Shown here: piece after piece, positions 29,375 through 39,000 of the stretch
Position numbering within the stretch: position 1 is the stretch's first letter
Layout of the letters: each line of letters opens with the position of its first letter
Program-made: the position numbers and the translations under genes
The notes under the pieces: model-generated
What the model saw: the letters and a program-made list of their open reading frames with translations, nothing else
What the model was told of the DNA's origin: nothing
The model's database searches: none
Source of the DNA: Acidobacteriota bacterium
GTDB taxonomy: Bacteria > Acidobacteriota > Blastocatellia > HR10
NCBI GenBank assembly: GCA_030550025.1
Contig: JAUQQC010000003.1
Span: 37,464-101,463 of the forward strand
Length of the DNA stretch: 64,000 nt
Reading direction: 5' to 3'

Positions 29375-29403
29375 TATATATCAAACCCCGTGTCCGCTGT
29401 CAA
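29375..29403 (-). promoter_or_regulatory. near-consensus sigma70 promoter TTGACA-N17-TATATA (minus strand)
   Basis: The minus strand reads TTGACAgcggacacggggtttgaTATATA. It lies between the sigma54-activator stop (29459) and the S9 peptidase start. Confidence 0.55.
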
Positions 29404-29458
29404 CGCGTGCACATTCTGCGGGATGGCGTTCGCTCCAACAGATGCTTACCGTCTCGAC

Positions 29459-31054
29459 CTACTCTTTGAATCGGCGGGGATTGATCCCGTATTTTTTGAC
29501 CTTATAGCCGAGGATGCGCTTGGTAGTATTGAGCAGGCGGGCAGCGCGCGAGATATTTCCCCGCGCCGTCTTCAAGGCATCCAGGATTAAATCCTTCTCG
29601 TAAGCGGCCACAGCTTCGCTCAAGGAGAGGCGCGGGACCGTCCCCGACGCTTCGGCCGTTTGAAGCGTGGGCGGCAGATGATGGCTGTGGATCACGTTCC
29701 CCTCGCACACGAGGACCGCGCGCTCGATGCAATTCTCCAGCTCGCGCACGTTTCCCGGCCAGTGGTAGCTCATGAGCATGTCAATGGCTGGCGTCGAGAT
29801 GCGTCGAATATCCTTGCCGTGCAGGCGCGCGTACTTCTCAAGAAAATAGTCGGCCAGAAGCGGAATGTCGGACTTCCGCTCTCGCAGCGGCGGCAGAAAG
29901 ATCGTGAACACATTCAGGCGATAATAGAGGTCCTCGCGGAACGTCCCCTCGCGCATCGCCTGCTCCAGATCGCGATTCGTGGCAGCGATCAACCGCACGT
30001 CTACCTTGATCGTCTCCGTCCCACCGAGCCGCTCGAATTCTCGTTCCTGCAGCACGCGCAGGAGCTTGACCTGCACCGAGAGAGGAAGGTCGCCGACTTC
30101 ATCCAGAAACAGGGTCCCGCGATCGGCCAACTCGAATCGCCCTTTCTTCCGCGCATAAGCTCCGGTGAACGCCCCCTTTTCGTATCCGAACAACTCAGCC
30201 TCGATGAGGCTCTCCGGCAAGGCGGCACAACTGACTTTGAGGAACGGCTGATTGGCCCGCAACGAATTGTAATGGATCGCCCGCGCGATCAACTCCTTCC
30301 CCGTCCCCGACTCGCCGCGGATAAGCACGGTCGTGTTCGTCCGCGCGACCTGCGCGACCTGTGCGTAGACCTCCTGCATCGGTCGGCTCGTGCCGATGAT
30401 GTTGCTGAAGTCGTAGCGCTCCCGCAGTTCCCGACGCAAGGCGAGGTTCTCGTCCATCAGGCGGCGCTTCTCCGCCTCGATGAGCTGATTCACCCTCACG
30501 GCCTGCGCCACCATCGAGCCGACGATGCTGAAGAATTTCGTGGCCTGATCGTAATCTCGATCCGGGCGATAGGGAAGGACGATTCCCATGGCGCCGATCG
30601 TCTGCTGATCGACGGAGACGGGCACGCAGATGAAGGTCAGCTCTTCGCGAGATGCCTTGAGCACGCCCGTGCGATCCAGGAAGAGCGGCTCTTGGCTGGC
30701 CTTGGGGACGACGATGGGTTTGCCGCTCTCGACGACACGCCCGATGATTCCCTCGCCCACCCGATAACGCCCGCGCTGCTGCGCTTCGCGCGTCAGCCCG
30801 ACCGAGACTTCGATGACCACTTCCTCGCCACTCTCTTCCAGCAGCGCGATCACGCCGGAGACGACCCCGTGATTCTCCTCCAGGATCTCCAGCACGCGCA
30901 GCAGCGCCTGCCGCAAGTTGAGCGTCGTCCCCAGCGTCTGGCTGATGTTGAGCAGCGTCGCCAGCTTCTGAACGTCCTGATTCACCTCGCCCCTCATGGC
31001 CGCCTCGTTTTCGTTGAGTGATAGCCCATCTTCGTTCAAAACGCAAGGCGCCAA
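29459..31054 (-). CDS. sigma-54-dependent transcriptional activator, GAF-AAA+-HTH (NifA-like architecture)
   Basis: N-terminal GAF-like domain, Walker [22 protein letters not shown] loop (EKGAFTGA), [10 protein letters not shown], and a C-terminal Fis-type [23 protein letters not shown]. Confidence 0.9.
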   Translation of the reverse strand: MAPCVLNEDGLSLNENEAAMRGEVNQDVQKLATLLNISQTLGTTLNLRQALLRVLEILEENHGVVSGVIALLEESGEEVVIEVSVGLTREAQQRGRYRVGEGIIGRVVESGKPIVVPKASQEPLFLDRTGVLKASREELTFICVPVSVDQQTIGAMGIVLPYRPDRDYDQATKFFSIVGSMVAQAVRVNQLIEAEKRRLMDENLALRRELRERYDFSNIIGTSRPMQEVYAQVAQVARTNTTVLIRGESGTGKELIARAIHYNSLRANQPFLKVSCAALPESLIEAELFGYEKGAFTGAYARKKGRFELADRGTLFLDEVGDLPLSVQVKLLRVLQEREFERLGGTETIKVDVRLIAATNRDLEQAMREGTFREDLYYRLNVFTIFLPPLRERKSDIPLLADYFLEKYARLHGKDIRRISTPAIDMLMSYHWPGNVRELENCIERAVLVCEGNVIHSHHLPPTLQTAEASGTVPRLSLSEAVAAYEKDLILDALKTARGNISRAARLLNTTKRILGYKVKKYGINPRRFKE

Positions 31055-31069
31055 GACGCGCGGCGACGA

Positions 31070-31097
31070 TTGCCAGAGCGAAAATTCATGCTAAAAT
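31070..31097 (+). promoter_or_regulatory. candidate sigma70 promoter TTGCCA-N16-TAAAAT
   Basis: Read directly from the sequence. It lies about 20 nt upstream of the clpP-like start and its GGGAGG RBS. Confidence 0.45.
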
Positions 31098-31118
31098 TGC
31101 ACAGCGGGAGGTGAGAGT

Positions 31119-31742
31119 ATGCACTTTGTGCCGATTGTCGTGGAGACGACGAGTCGCGGGGAACGCGCGTACGACATTTATTCTCGCCTCTTGAAAGAGC
31201 GCATCGTCTTTCTCGGGACGCCGATCGACGATCAGGTGGCCAACTTGATCATCGCCCAATTGCTCTATTTGGAGGCCGAGGATCCGGATCGGGACATCAA
31301 TCTCTACATCAACAGTCCCGGTGGATCGCTCACGGCGGGCCTCGCCATCTACGATACGATGCAATTCATTCGTCCCGATGTGGCGACGATCTGCACGGGG
31401 GAGGCGGAGGCCATCGCCGCTTTGCTCTTGGCGGCCGGGGCGCCGGGGAAACGGTACGCGCTCCCCAGCTCCCGCATCATCATCTATCAGCCGTACATCT
31501 ACGGCGTCTCGGGTCAAGCGACCGACATCCGCATTCACGCCGAAGAGCTGATGCGCTTGCGCCGTTTGATCAGCTCGCTCCTGGCCAAACATACGGGGCG
31601 TTCGATCGAACAGATCGAGCGCGACGTGGAACGAGACTTCATCCTCACGGCCGATCAGGCCGTCGCCTACGGCCTGATCGACAAGGTCTTGCACCGGCGC
31701 GAAGTGCCTGAGGAGGAAACGATCTCGGTGACGCGCCCGTGA
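31119..31742 (+). CDS. ClpP-family protein lacking the catalytic Ser and His (ClpR-like)
   Basis: Strong ClpP similarity throughout ([37 protein letters not shown]). However, GQAASMG reads GEAEAIA (Ala98, GCC 31410-31412) and IHQP reads IYQP (Tyr123, TAT 31485-31487). Confidence 0.85.
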   Translation: MHFVPIVVETTSRGERAYDIYSRLLKERIVFLGTPIDDQVANLIIAQLLYLEAEDPDRDINLYINSPGGSLTAGLAIYDTMQFIRPDVATICTGEAEAIAALLLAAGAPGKRYALPSSRIIIYQPYIYGVSGQATDIRIHAEELMRLRRLISSLLAKHTGRSIEQIERDVERDFILTADQAVAYGLIDKVLHRREVPEEETISVTRP

Positions 31743-31800
31743 TTTCGTGCTAAGATAAGGGCGTTCGTGCAATGAGCATCTCATGCTTGAGGAGGAGGAT

Positions 31801-32100
31801 ATGGCGAAAAAGGCACTGACGAAGGCTCAACTAGTGGGACATCTGGCGGAGAAGCTCGGGGTGAATCGAGCGACGGCGCGGAGTTTCCTCGATGAGCTTT
31901 CGACGCTCGTGGCCAAGGAGGTGAAAAAGGCGGGCGTCTTCACCCTGCCTGGGCTTGGGAAGTTCGTTCTCTCCAAACGGAAAGCCCGAATGGGCCGCAA
32001 TCCCCGAACGGGCGAGCCCATTAAGATTCCGGCCAAGACGGTCTTGAAGTTTCGGATCGCGAGGGCGTTGAAGAGTTCCGTCCTCCCGGCGAAGAAGTGA
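31801..32100 (+). CDS. hup: HU family DNA-binding protein
   Basis: Contains MAKKALTKAQLVGHLAEKLGV...GKFVLSKRKARMGRNPRTGEPIKIPAKTVLKFR. ATG at 31801 directly follows GAGGAGGAGGAT. Confidence 0.9.
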   Translation: MAKKALTKAQLVGHLAEKLGVNRATARSFLDELSTLVAKEVKKAGVFTLPGLGKFVLSKRKARMGRNPRTGEPIKIPAKTVLKFRIARALKSSVLPAKK

Positions 32101-32122
32101 TGCTGCCTTACACCTGATGACG

Positions 32123-32160
32123 AAGGCGCGTGGATCGGGTTCGGCCCACGCGCCTTTTTT
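32123..32160 (+). terminator. rho-independent terminator after hup
   Basis: 11-bp stem aaggcgcgtgg / ccacgcgcctt followed by a T-run (ends at 32160). It sits between convergent hup and copA. Confidence 0.75.
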
Positions 32161-32188
32161 CATCCCTTGCGGACGAGGAGGTCTGGAC

Positions 32189-34651
32189 TCAGAGCGCGAG
32201 CCGACGCAAGCGCAGCGCGTTCGCGATGACCGAGACCGAGCTGAACGTCATCGCGGCTGCCGCGATCATCGGGCTCAAAAGCAGGCCGAAGATTGGGTAG
32301 AAGACTCCGGCGGCGATCGGCACGCCAAGCAGGTTATACACGAAGGCGAAGAAGAGATTCTGCCGGATATTACGCATCGTCGCGCGGCTGAGCCGTCGAG
32401 CCCGCACGATCCCTCGCAGGTCCCCCTTCACCAATACCACGGCGGCGCTCTCAATGGCGACGTCCGTGCCTGTCCCCATGGCGATCCCCACGTCAGCTTC
32501 GGCCAGCGCCGGAGCATCGTTGATGCCATCGCCGGCCATGGCCACTCGCCGTCCCTCCGCCTTCAGGCGCCTCACCACTGCGGCCTTCTCATCCGGCAAC
32601 ACCTCAGCGATCACCTCATCGAGGCCGAGCTCACGAGCCACGGCTTCAGCCGTCTGACGATGATCGCCGGTGACCATCACAATACGAAGTTTCTCCCGAT
32701 GCAAGGCCGCGATGGCCTCGCGCGCCGAGGCCTTGATGGGATCGGCAATCCCCAAGAGTCCGACCAGCGTTCCATTCACGATGACGAACAAGACGGTCTG
32801 CCCGGCCCGTCGCATCGCCTCCACCTGCGGGCGCACCATATCGGCCTCGGTCTCCAATCCGAATTCCATGACCACCCTCTCGCTTCCGACGATGACCGTA
32901 TGTCCCTCGACGTCCCCCATCGCCCCTTTGCCGGGGAACGAGCGGAAATGTCGCACGTTGGCCAGCGAGAGCCCTCGCTGCTCAGCAGCTTCCAAGAGCG
33001 CGCGCGCCAGAGGATGCTCACTCCCGCGTTCGAGGCTCGCGGCGAAGCGCAAGACTTCGGCCTCGGTTAACTCCGCCAGCGCGACGATGGAGACCACGCG
33101 CGGTCGTCCTTCGGTAAGCGTCCCCGTCTTGTCCACAACGAGCGTATCCACCCGTTCCAGCAGTTCCAGCGCTTCGGCATGCCGCACGAGCACGCCGGCC
33201 ATCGCCCCTCGCCCTGTCCCTACCATGATCGCCATTGGCGTGGCCAACCCCAAAGCACAAGGACAAGCGATGATCAACACGGCGACGGCATTCACCAGCG
33301 CGTGGACCATTCGCGGTTCCGGTCCAATGAGCCCCCATATCGCGAACGTGATCGCGGCGACGAACACGACGGCCGGAACGAAGTACGCCGATACCCGATC
33401 GGCCAACCGCTGAATTGGCGCGCGACTCCGCTGCGCCTCGCTCACCATCCGCACGATCTGCTGCAGCAGCGTCTCGCGACCGACGCGCTCGGCGCGCATG
33501 ACGAAGCTGCCCGTCCCGTTGACCGTTCCGCCAATGACCCATTGGCCTGGCCCCTTCTCCACCGGCATCGGCTCACCCGTCACCATGGATTCGTCCACGA
33601 AGCTAGACCCCTCGAGCACAATGCCATCCACCGGGATGCGTTCTCCCGGGCGAACCCGAAGGCGATCGCCCACACGCACACGCTCGAGCGGAACGTCTTC
33701 CTCTTCCCCGCTTTCGCGAATCATACGCGCTGTCTTGGGCGCTAAGCCGAGCAGCATCCGGATCGCGCCGCTCGTCCGACGACGCGCTCGCAGCTCCAGC
33801 ACTTGCCCCAGAAGAACGAGCGTCGTGATCACGGCTGCCGCCTCGAAGTACACGGCGACTTCACCGTGCGGACCGCGAAAAGACGAGGGGAAGACGCCGG
33901 GGAAGAGCGCGGCGATCACGCTGTAGAGATACGCTGTCCCCGTGCCCAAGGCGATGAGCGTGAACATGTTCCAGCGCCGATTCCTCACCGAAGCCATCGC
34001 GCGCTGAAAGAACGGCCATCCCCCCCAGAGCACGACGGGCGTCGCCAGAACGAGCTGAACCGCGATCGCCCAACGGACTGAGAGGCCGGGCATCCCACCG
34101 ACCATCTCCGACATCGCCAGCAGAAGGATCGGCGCCGTCAGCAGCGCGCTGAGCCAAAATCGGCGACTCATGTCCCGCAGTTCCGGACTAGGGGCTTCCT
34201 CGCCAAGCACCATCTTCGGCTCCAGCGCCATCCCACAGATCGGACAAACTCCAGGCTCGCCGCGCACGATCTCCGAATGCATGGGGCAGGTGTACTCCTC
34301 AGTCGCCGCAATGCCGGAGAAGGGTTCCAGAGCCATCCCACATTCCGGACAGGCTCCCGGCTGCGCCCGTCGCACGTCCGCATGCATGGGGCAGGTGTAC
34401 GCGCCTTCCGCCACAGGAGGCGGCTCCGACCGACGCCGAGAGACCTTGAGCGCGATAGGCGGTCTGGCCGAGGCCACATAGCGCTCCGGCTCCGCGCGAA
34501 ATCGTTCCCAGCAGTGCCGGCAGCAAAAGAAATACACCCGTCCCGCATACTCCTGCGAACTCGCCGCCTGCTCCGGGTTCACTTCCATGCCGCAGACCGG
34601 ATCTCTCACAATGGCTTCAGACTCCCGATGCGCGCTCATCGCTTCATGCAT
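32189..34651 (-). CDS. copA: copper-translocating P1B-type ATPase with TRASH/YHS plus two CPMH-type metal-binding modules
   Basis: Contains CPC ([11 protein letters not shown]), DKTGTLT, TGDH and GDGINDAP. The N-terminus has DPVCGMEV...FFCCRHC, then YTCPMHADV...CPECGMAL and YTCPMHSEI...CPICGMAL. No GMTCxxC HMA domain is seen. Confidence 0.9.
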   Translation of the reverse strand: MHEAMSAHRESEAIVRDPVCGMEVNPEQAASSQEYAGRVYFFCCRHCWERFRAEPERYVASARPPIALKVSRRRSEPPPVAEGAYTCPMHADVRRAQPGACPECGMALEPFSGIAATEEYTCPMHSEIVRGEPGVCPICGMALEPKMVLGEEAPSPELRDMSRRFWLSALLTAPILLLAMSEMVGGMPGLSVRWAIAVQLVLATPVVLWGGWPFFQRAMASVRNRRWNMFTLIALGTGTAYLYSVIAALFPGVFPSSFRGPHGEVAVYFEAAAVITTLVLLGQVLELRARRRTSGAIRMLLGLAPKTARMIRESGEEEDVPLERVRVGDRLRVRPGERIPVDGIVLEGSSFVDESMVTGEPMPVEKGPGQWVIGGTVNGTGSFVMRAERVGRETLLQQIVRMVSEAQRSRAPIQRLADRVSAYFVPAVVFVAAITFAIWGLIGPEPRMVHALVNAVAVLIIACPCALGLATPMAIMVGTGRGAMAGVLVRHAEALELLERVDTLVVDKTGTLTEGRPRVVSIVALAELTEAEVLRFAASLERGSEHPLARALLEAAEQRGLSLANVRHFRSFPGKGAMGDVEGHTVIVGSERVVMEFGLETEADMVRPQVEAMRRAGQTVLFVIVNGTLVGLLGIADPIKASAREAIAALHREKLRIVMVTGDHRQTAEAVARELGLDEVIAEVLPDEKAAVVRRLKAEGRRVAMAGDGINDAPALAEADVGIAMGTGTDVAIESAAVVLVKGDLRGIVRARRLSRATMRNIRQNLFFAFVYNLLGVPIAAGVFYPIFGLLLSPMIAAAAMTFSSVSVIANALRLRRLAL

Positions 34652-34796
34652 ACCCCCTCCCGCTCAGAGAGCACTCCAACAACGGCTATAATTTTCCCTG
34701 CTCGCCCGATGAGGGGCAACCGAAAAGCGCTGCCCTCGGACGATCGCCCACTCGCGGGATACCCCTTCAGTCCGGATGGCGCGCCTTTTCCGACGC

Positions 34797-35180
34797 CTAG
34801 GCACTGGCGCGCTCGACGCGCTTCACGTGAATGCCCGTGAGTCCCCCCTTGCTGTAGACCGTCCCCGTCACCTTCACCTTTTCGGCGATGAAATCCCGTA
34901 ACTTCGCGTTGGGATTCGAGTGATCCACGGGGAGCGAGAGATACACCCGTCCGGTCTTCTCCTCCAAGATGGCGAGTGGGATCCCCTGCTGCACGCAATA
35001 TTCGGCGCATCGGCGATGCGCCTTCCCCGTCGAACCATGGCTGAGATAGCACACGGGGTCAATCACCTCGCCGACGATCGTCGTCTCACGGCCCGTCTCC
35101 TGATGCGCGTGTTGCGCCCAGGCGCCCACGCCTACGATCGTTGCGAGACCGAAAAGTAAGAGCAGGGTCGTCGTCTTCAT
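34797..35180 (-). CDS. hypothetical secreted Cys/His protein in the Cu/Ag locus
   Basis: 127 aa. Signal peptide MKTTTLLLLFGLATIVGVGAWA. The mature N-terminus is QHAHQE, followed by VIDPVCYLSHG...HRRCAEYC. It lies between the tandem-repeat protein gene and copA. Confidence 0.6.
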   Translation of the reverse strand: MKTTTLLLLFGLATIVGVGAWAQHAHQETGRETTIVGEVIDPVCYLSHGSTGKAHRRCAEYCVQQGIPLAILEEKTGRVYLSLPVDHSNPNAKLRDFIAEKVKVTGTVYSKGGLTGIHVKRVERASA

Positions 35181-35231
35181 CTCTTCCCTCCTGCAAAGAA
35201 TGCCGACGCGAAAACGCGCCCTCGCTTATCG

Positions 35232-36032
35232 TCACCGATTCCCCTCGCTCCTGCGAGGAGCCATGTGATAGACCCTCTCCCAGACGAAATCGTAGACCTC
35301 ATCCGGCATGCTCGTCTTCAGATCGAACACATACGCGCGCGTGGGACCGCCGAATTCCGGCTCGTACGTCACGATCTCCAACTGATACGGACCGAAGCGC
35401 CCCACGCGCTGGATATCCGACCATCGCCACGAGCGCGAATCATGGGGCCGATCGCGCGACTCATAGACCATTCGATCGGCATAGATGCGCAGCGTCCCTT
35501 GACATCCGCCGAAGCGATGGCGATGGCGCACGGCGATCTCGTGAAGCAGTGCCCCTTCAGCGGCGACGAAGCTCGTCGCCAGGGGTCGTCGGAGGCGCGC
35601 CGACAGGAACGCGCTCACCTCCGCCGGGATCTCCGAGAGCGTCGTGAATCGGAACGCCCGATCTCGCCCCAACGCCCACCAATGGGCCTCATACGTGTGG
35701 AGGACGATCTCTCGGCGAGAGGCGAGCACGACTATCCGAATATCCTCGAACGCCCAGCGTCGCGCGTGCTTCACGTGAACGGTTCGATACTCGATGCCTT
35801 CGGCCGTGATGCTCAATTCCCCGCGACACGACCGGAGTCCGTGCTCGTGTCGGACGGGGAAGCGAAAGTCCTGAGCGAATCCCTTGGCCCCCACCGCGCT
35901 CAGCAAGAGCAGGAGGGCTCTGACGATCAGCCATCTCTGAGGGGGCAACGACGTCGAACGCTCTCCGAACGCTTCGAGCCCTTGAGCGCGTGCCCTGCGC
36001 GCAGCGAACCGAAGGCTGTATGCCCGCATCAT
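35232..36032 (-). CDS. hypothetical secreted protein with internal tandem duplication, each half carrying VRHxH-x4-C
   Basis: The ATG at 36032 overlaps the cusA stop (ATGA). Signal-like LIVRALLLLLSAVGAKGFA. Repeat 1 reads VRHEHGLRSCRGELSITAEGIEY...WAFEDIRIV. Repeat 2 reads VRHRHRFGGCQGTLRIYADRMVY...WRWSDIQRV. The listed ORF start at 36440 lies inside cusA. Confidence 0.6.
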   Translation of the reverse strand: MMRAYSLRFAARRARAQGLEAFGERSTSLPPQRWLIVRALLLLLSAVGAKGFAQDFRFPVRHEHGLRSCRGELSITAEGIEYRTVHVKHARRWAFEDIRIVVLASRREIVLHTYEAHWWALGRDRAFRFTTLSEIPAEVSAFLSARLRRPLATSFVAAEGALLHEIAVRHRHRFGGCQGTLRIYADRMVYESRDRPHDSRSWRWSDIQRVGRFGPYQLEIVTYEPEFGGPTRAYVFDLKTSMPDEVYDFVWERVYHMAPRRSEGNR

Positions 36033-39000
36033 GCCTGCGCCTCCTTCTGCAGGTGGAAATGCCACCGCCAGACGAAATAGATCGCCGGATACACGACCAA
36101 CTCCATGACGAACGAGGTGAAGATACCTCCGATCATCGGGGCGGCGATGCGCTTCATCACGTCGGCGCCGGTGCCCGTGGACCACATGATAGGGAGCAAG
36201 GCGATGAACATCGTCGCCACGGTCATGAACTTCGGACGCAGTCGCTTCACCGCACCGTAGTGAATCGCCTCGCGCAAATGCGCTCGCGTCCGCATCAGCC
36301 CTTGACTCCGCATCTCCTCGTACGCGAGATCGAGATAGAGCAACATGAAGACCCCCGTCTCCGCATCCACGCCGAGGAGCGCGATCAACCCTACCCATAC
36401 GGCGATGCTCAGATTGTAGTCCAAGAGATAGAGGAGCCAAATGGCACCGACGGCCGAGAACGGAACGGCGAGCATGACGATTATCGTCTTCGTCGTCGAG
36501 CGCGTATTAAAGTAGAGCAGCAGAAAGATGATCAAGAGCGTGATCGGCACGACGAGCTTCAGTCGTTCTTTGACCCGCTGCATATGCTCGTACTGGCCGC
36601 TCCAGACGAGCGTATATCCGGGCGGCAGCGGGACCTTCTCCCGGACGATCCGCTTGGCCTCCTCCACATAGCCGCCGATGTCGCGCCCGGAGACGTCCAC
36701 GTAGACGTAGCCGCTCAAGCGACCATTCTCATCGCGGATCATGCCCGGCCCGGAGAGGAGCTTGATGTCAGCGACTTGCATGAGGGGGATCTGCGCGCCG
36801 TTTGGGGTGGGCACCAACACGCGACCGAGCCGATCGAGCGTGCTGCGATAATCGCGCAAGTAGCGCACGTTGATCGGATACCGCTCGCGCCCTTCGACCG
36901 TCATCGTGACGTTCTCGCCGCCGATGGCCGACAGGATGACCCTCTGCGCTTCCTCAACCGTCAGCCCATAGCGGGCTAACTCCTCGCGCTTCAGCGCGAA
37001 GTCGAGGAAGTAGCCTCCGGCCGTACGTTCGGCGAAGACGCTCGTCGTGCCGGGGACGTCTCGCAGCACCCCCTCGATGCGTTGGCCGATCTCCTGGATG
37101 GTGTTCAGGTCGTGGCCGAGAATTTTGATCCCCACCGGCGTGCGCACGCCCGTCGTGAGCATGTCAAGGCGCGCTTTGATCGGCATCGTCCAGGCGTTGA
37201 CGACGCCGGGAAGCTGCAGCGCTTCGTTCAATCCGCCGGGGCCGTAGATCAACTCCTCACTCGTCTTCCGATCCGGCCAGATCCGCCGCAAGATACCCTG
37301 CAACCACTCGGGAGCCCAGTCAGAATACCAGCGGGGCTTCTTCGGCCATTGATCTGGAGGCTTGAGCACGATGACCGTTTCGATCATCGAGAAGGGAGCG
37401 GGATCGGTCGCCGTCTCCGCGCGCCCCGCCTTGCCGAAGACTCGCTCGACTTCGGGGAACGATTTCAGAATCTTGTCCTGGACCTGCAGAAGCTTCTGCG
37501 CCTCCGTCACCGAAATGCCCGGCAACGTCGTCGGCATGTAGAGCAACACGCCTTCATCGAGCGGCGGCATGAACTCCGACCCCAGGCGGAAGAAAACGGG
37601 GATCGTCAGAAGGACGAGGAGCACGGCGCTAGCGATCGTCATCCACGGATGCCGCAGGACCCACTCCACGACCGGATGATAGAGTCGCATCAAGAGTCGG
37701 CTGATCGGATGTTTCTCCTCGCTGTGAATCTTCCCGACGAGAATGGCGTTGATGAGCCGACAAAGCACGCGCGGGCGAAAGGTGAATTCTCGCATGTGGG
37801 TGAATAACAGCCGGATCGCCGGATCGAGCGTGATCGCGAGCACGGCGGCGATCGCCATCGCGAAGTTCTTCGTGAAGGCGAGCGGCTTGAAGAGTCGCCC
37901 TTCTTGCGCCTCCAGAGCGAAGACCGGCATGAACGAGACGGCGATCACCAAGAGCGCGAAGAAACTCGGCCGGCCCACCTCTTTCACCGCGCGGATGACG
38001 ACGTCGCGAAAATCGCCCGGACGTCCAGCGGCTTCCCACTGTTCGAGCCGCTTATGCGTCTGCTCGACGACGACGATGGCAGCATCCACCATCGCGCCAA
38101 TGGCGATGGCGATCCCCCCAAGCGACATGATGTTGGCCGTGAGCTTCATCGCGTACATCGGGATGAACGACAAGAGCACGGCGATGGGGATGGTGATGAT
38201 GGGGATGATGGCGCTCGGGATGTGCCAGAGGAAAATGAGGATCACGACGCTCACGATCGCCAGCTCCTCGATAAGCGTCCGCTTCAACGTCGCAATGGAT
38301 CGGAGGATCAGCTCCGACCGGTCGTAGGTCGTGACGATCCTCACCCCTTCCGGAAGACCGCGCTCGATCTCGGCCAAACGTGCCTTCACGCGCTCAATGA
38401 CCTTGAGCGCGTTCTCTCCGTACCGCATGATCACGATGCCCCCGACCGTCTCCCCCTCCCCGTCCAGCTCGGCGATGCCACGACGAAGATCCGGTCCCAG
38501 GGCGACCGTGCCGAGATGCTTCACCAGGATGGGCACTCCCGTCTCCGGATTGACTCCAACGACGATGTTCTCGACATCGCGAAGGGATCGGATGTAGCCG
38601 CGACCGCGCACCATATACTCGCGTCCCGAGAACTCGATGAGCCGTCCGCCCACATCGTTATTCCCCTGACGGATGGCGCGCACGACGGCATCGAGCGGAA
38701 CGCGATAAGCTAAGAGCGCGTTGGGATCGAGATTCACCTGATACTGTCGGACGAAGCCTCCAACCGGAGCGACCTCGGCCACCCCAGGCACCGATTGCAA
38801 CTCATAGCGGAGATACCAATCCTGGAGCGCGCGCAACTCGGCCACACTCCGCTTCCCCGTCGTATCCACCAAAGCATATTGGAAGACCCATCCGACAGCG
38901 GTCGCGTCCTTGGCCAACTCCACCTGGACGCCCTCGGGCAACCGCGGCAAGATGCTGCTCAGATATTCGAGCGTGCGGGACCGCGCCCAGTAGATGTCCG

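Noticed and set aside
31055-31118. Sigma-54 (-24/-12) promoter between the NifA-like activator and the clpP-like gene, and upstream of the S9 operon (29336-29458)
   Set aside because: TTGCA is present at 31098-31102, but the position 12 nt upstream reads CA rather than GG. In the other region, TGGCCT-N5-ATTC lacks the conserved GC. Sigma70-type hexamers fit both regions better.
36033-36440. Upstream 136 codons of ORF 35232-36440
   Set aside because: They overlap the 3' end of cusA in another frame. The internal ATG at 36032 overlaps the cusA stop and is followed by a signal-like segment.
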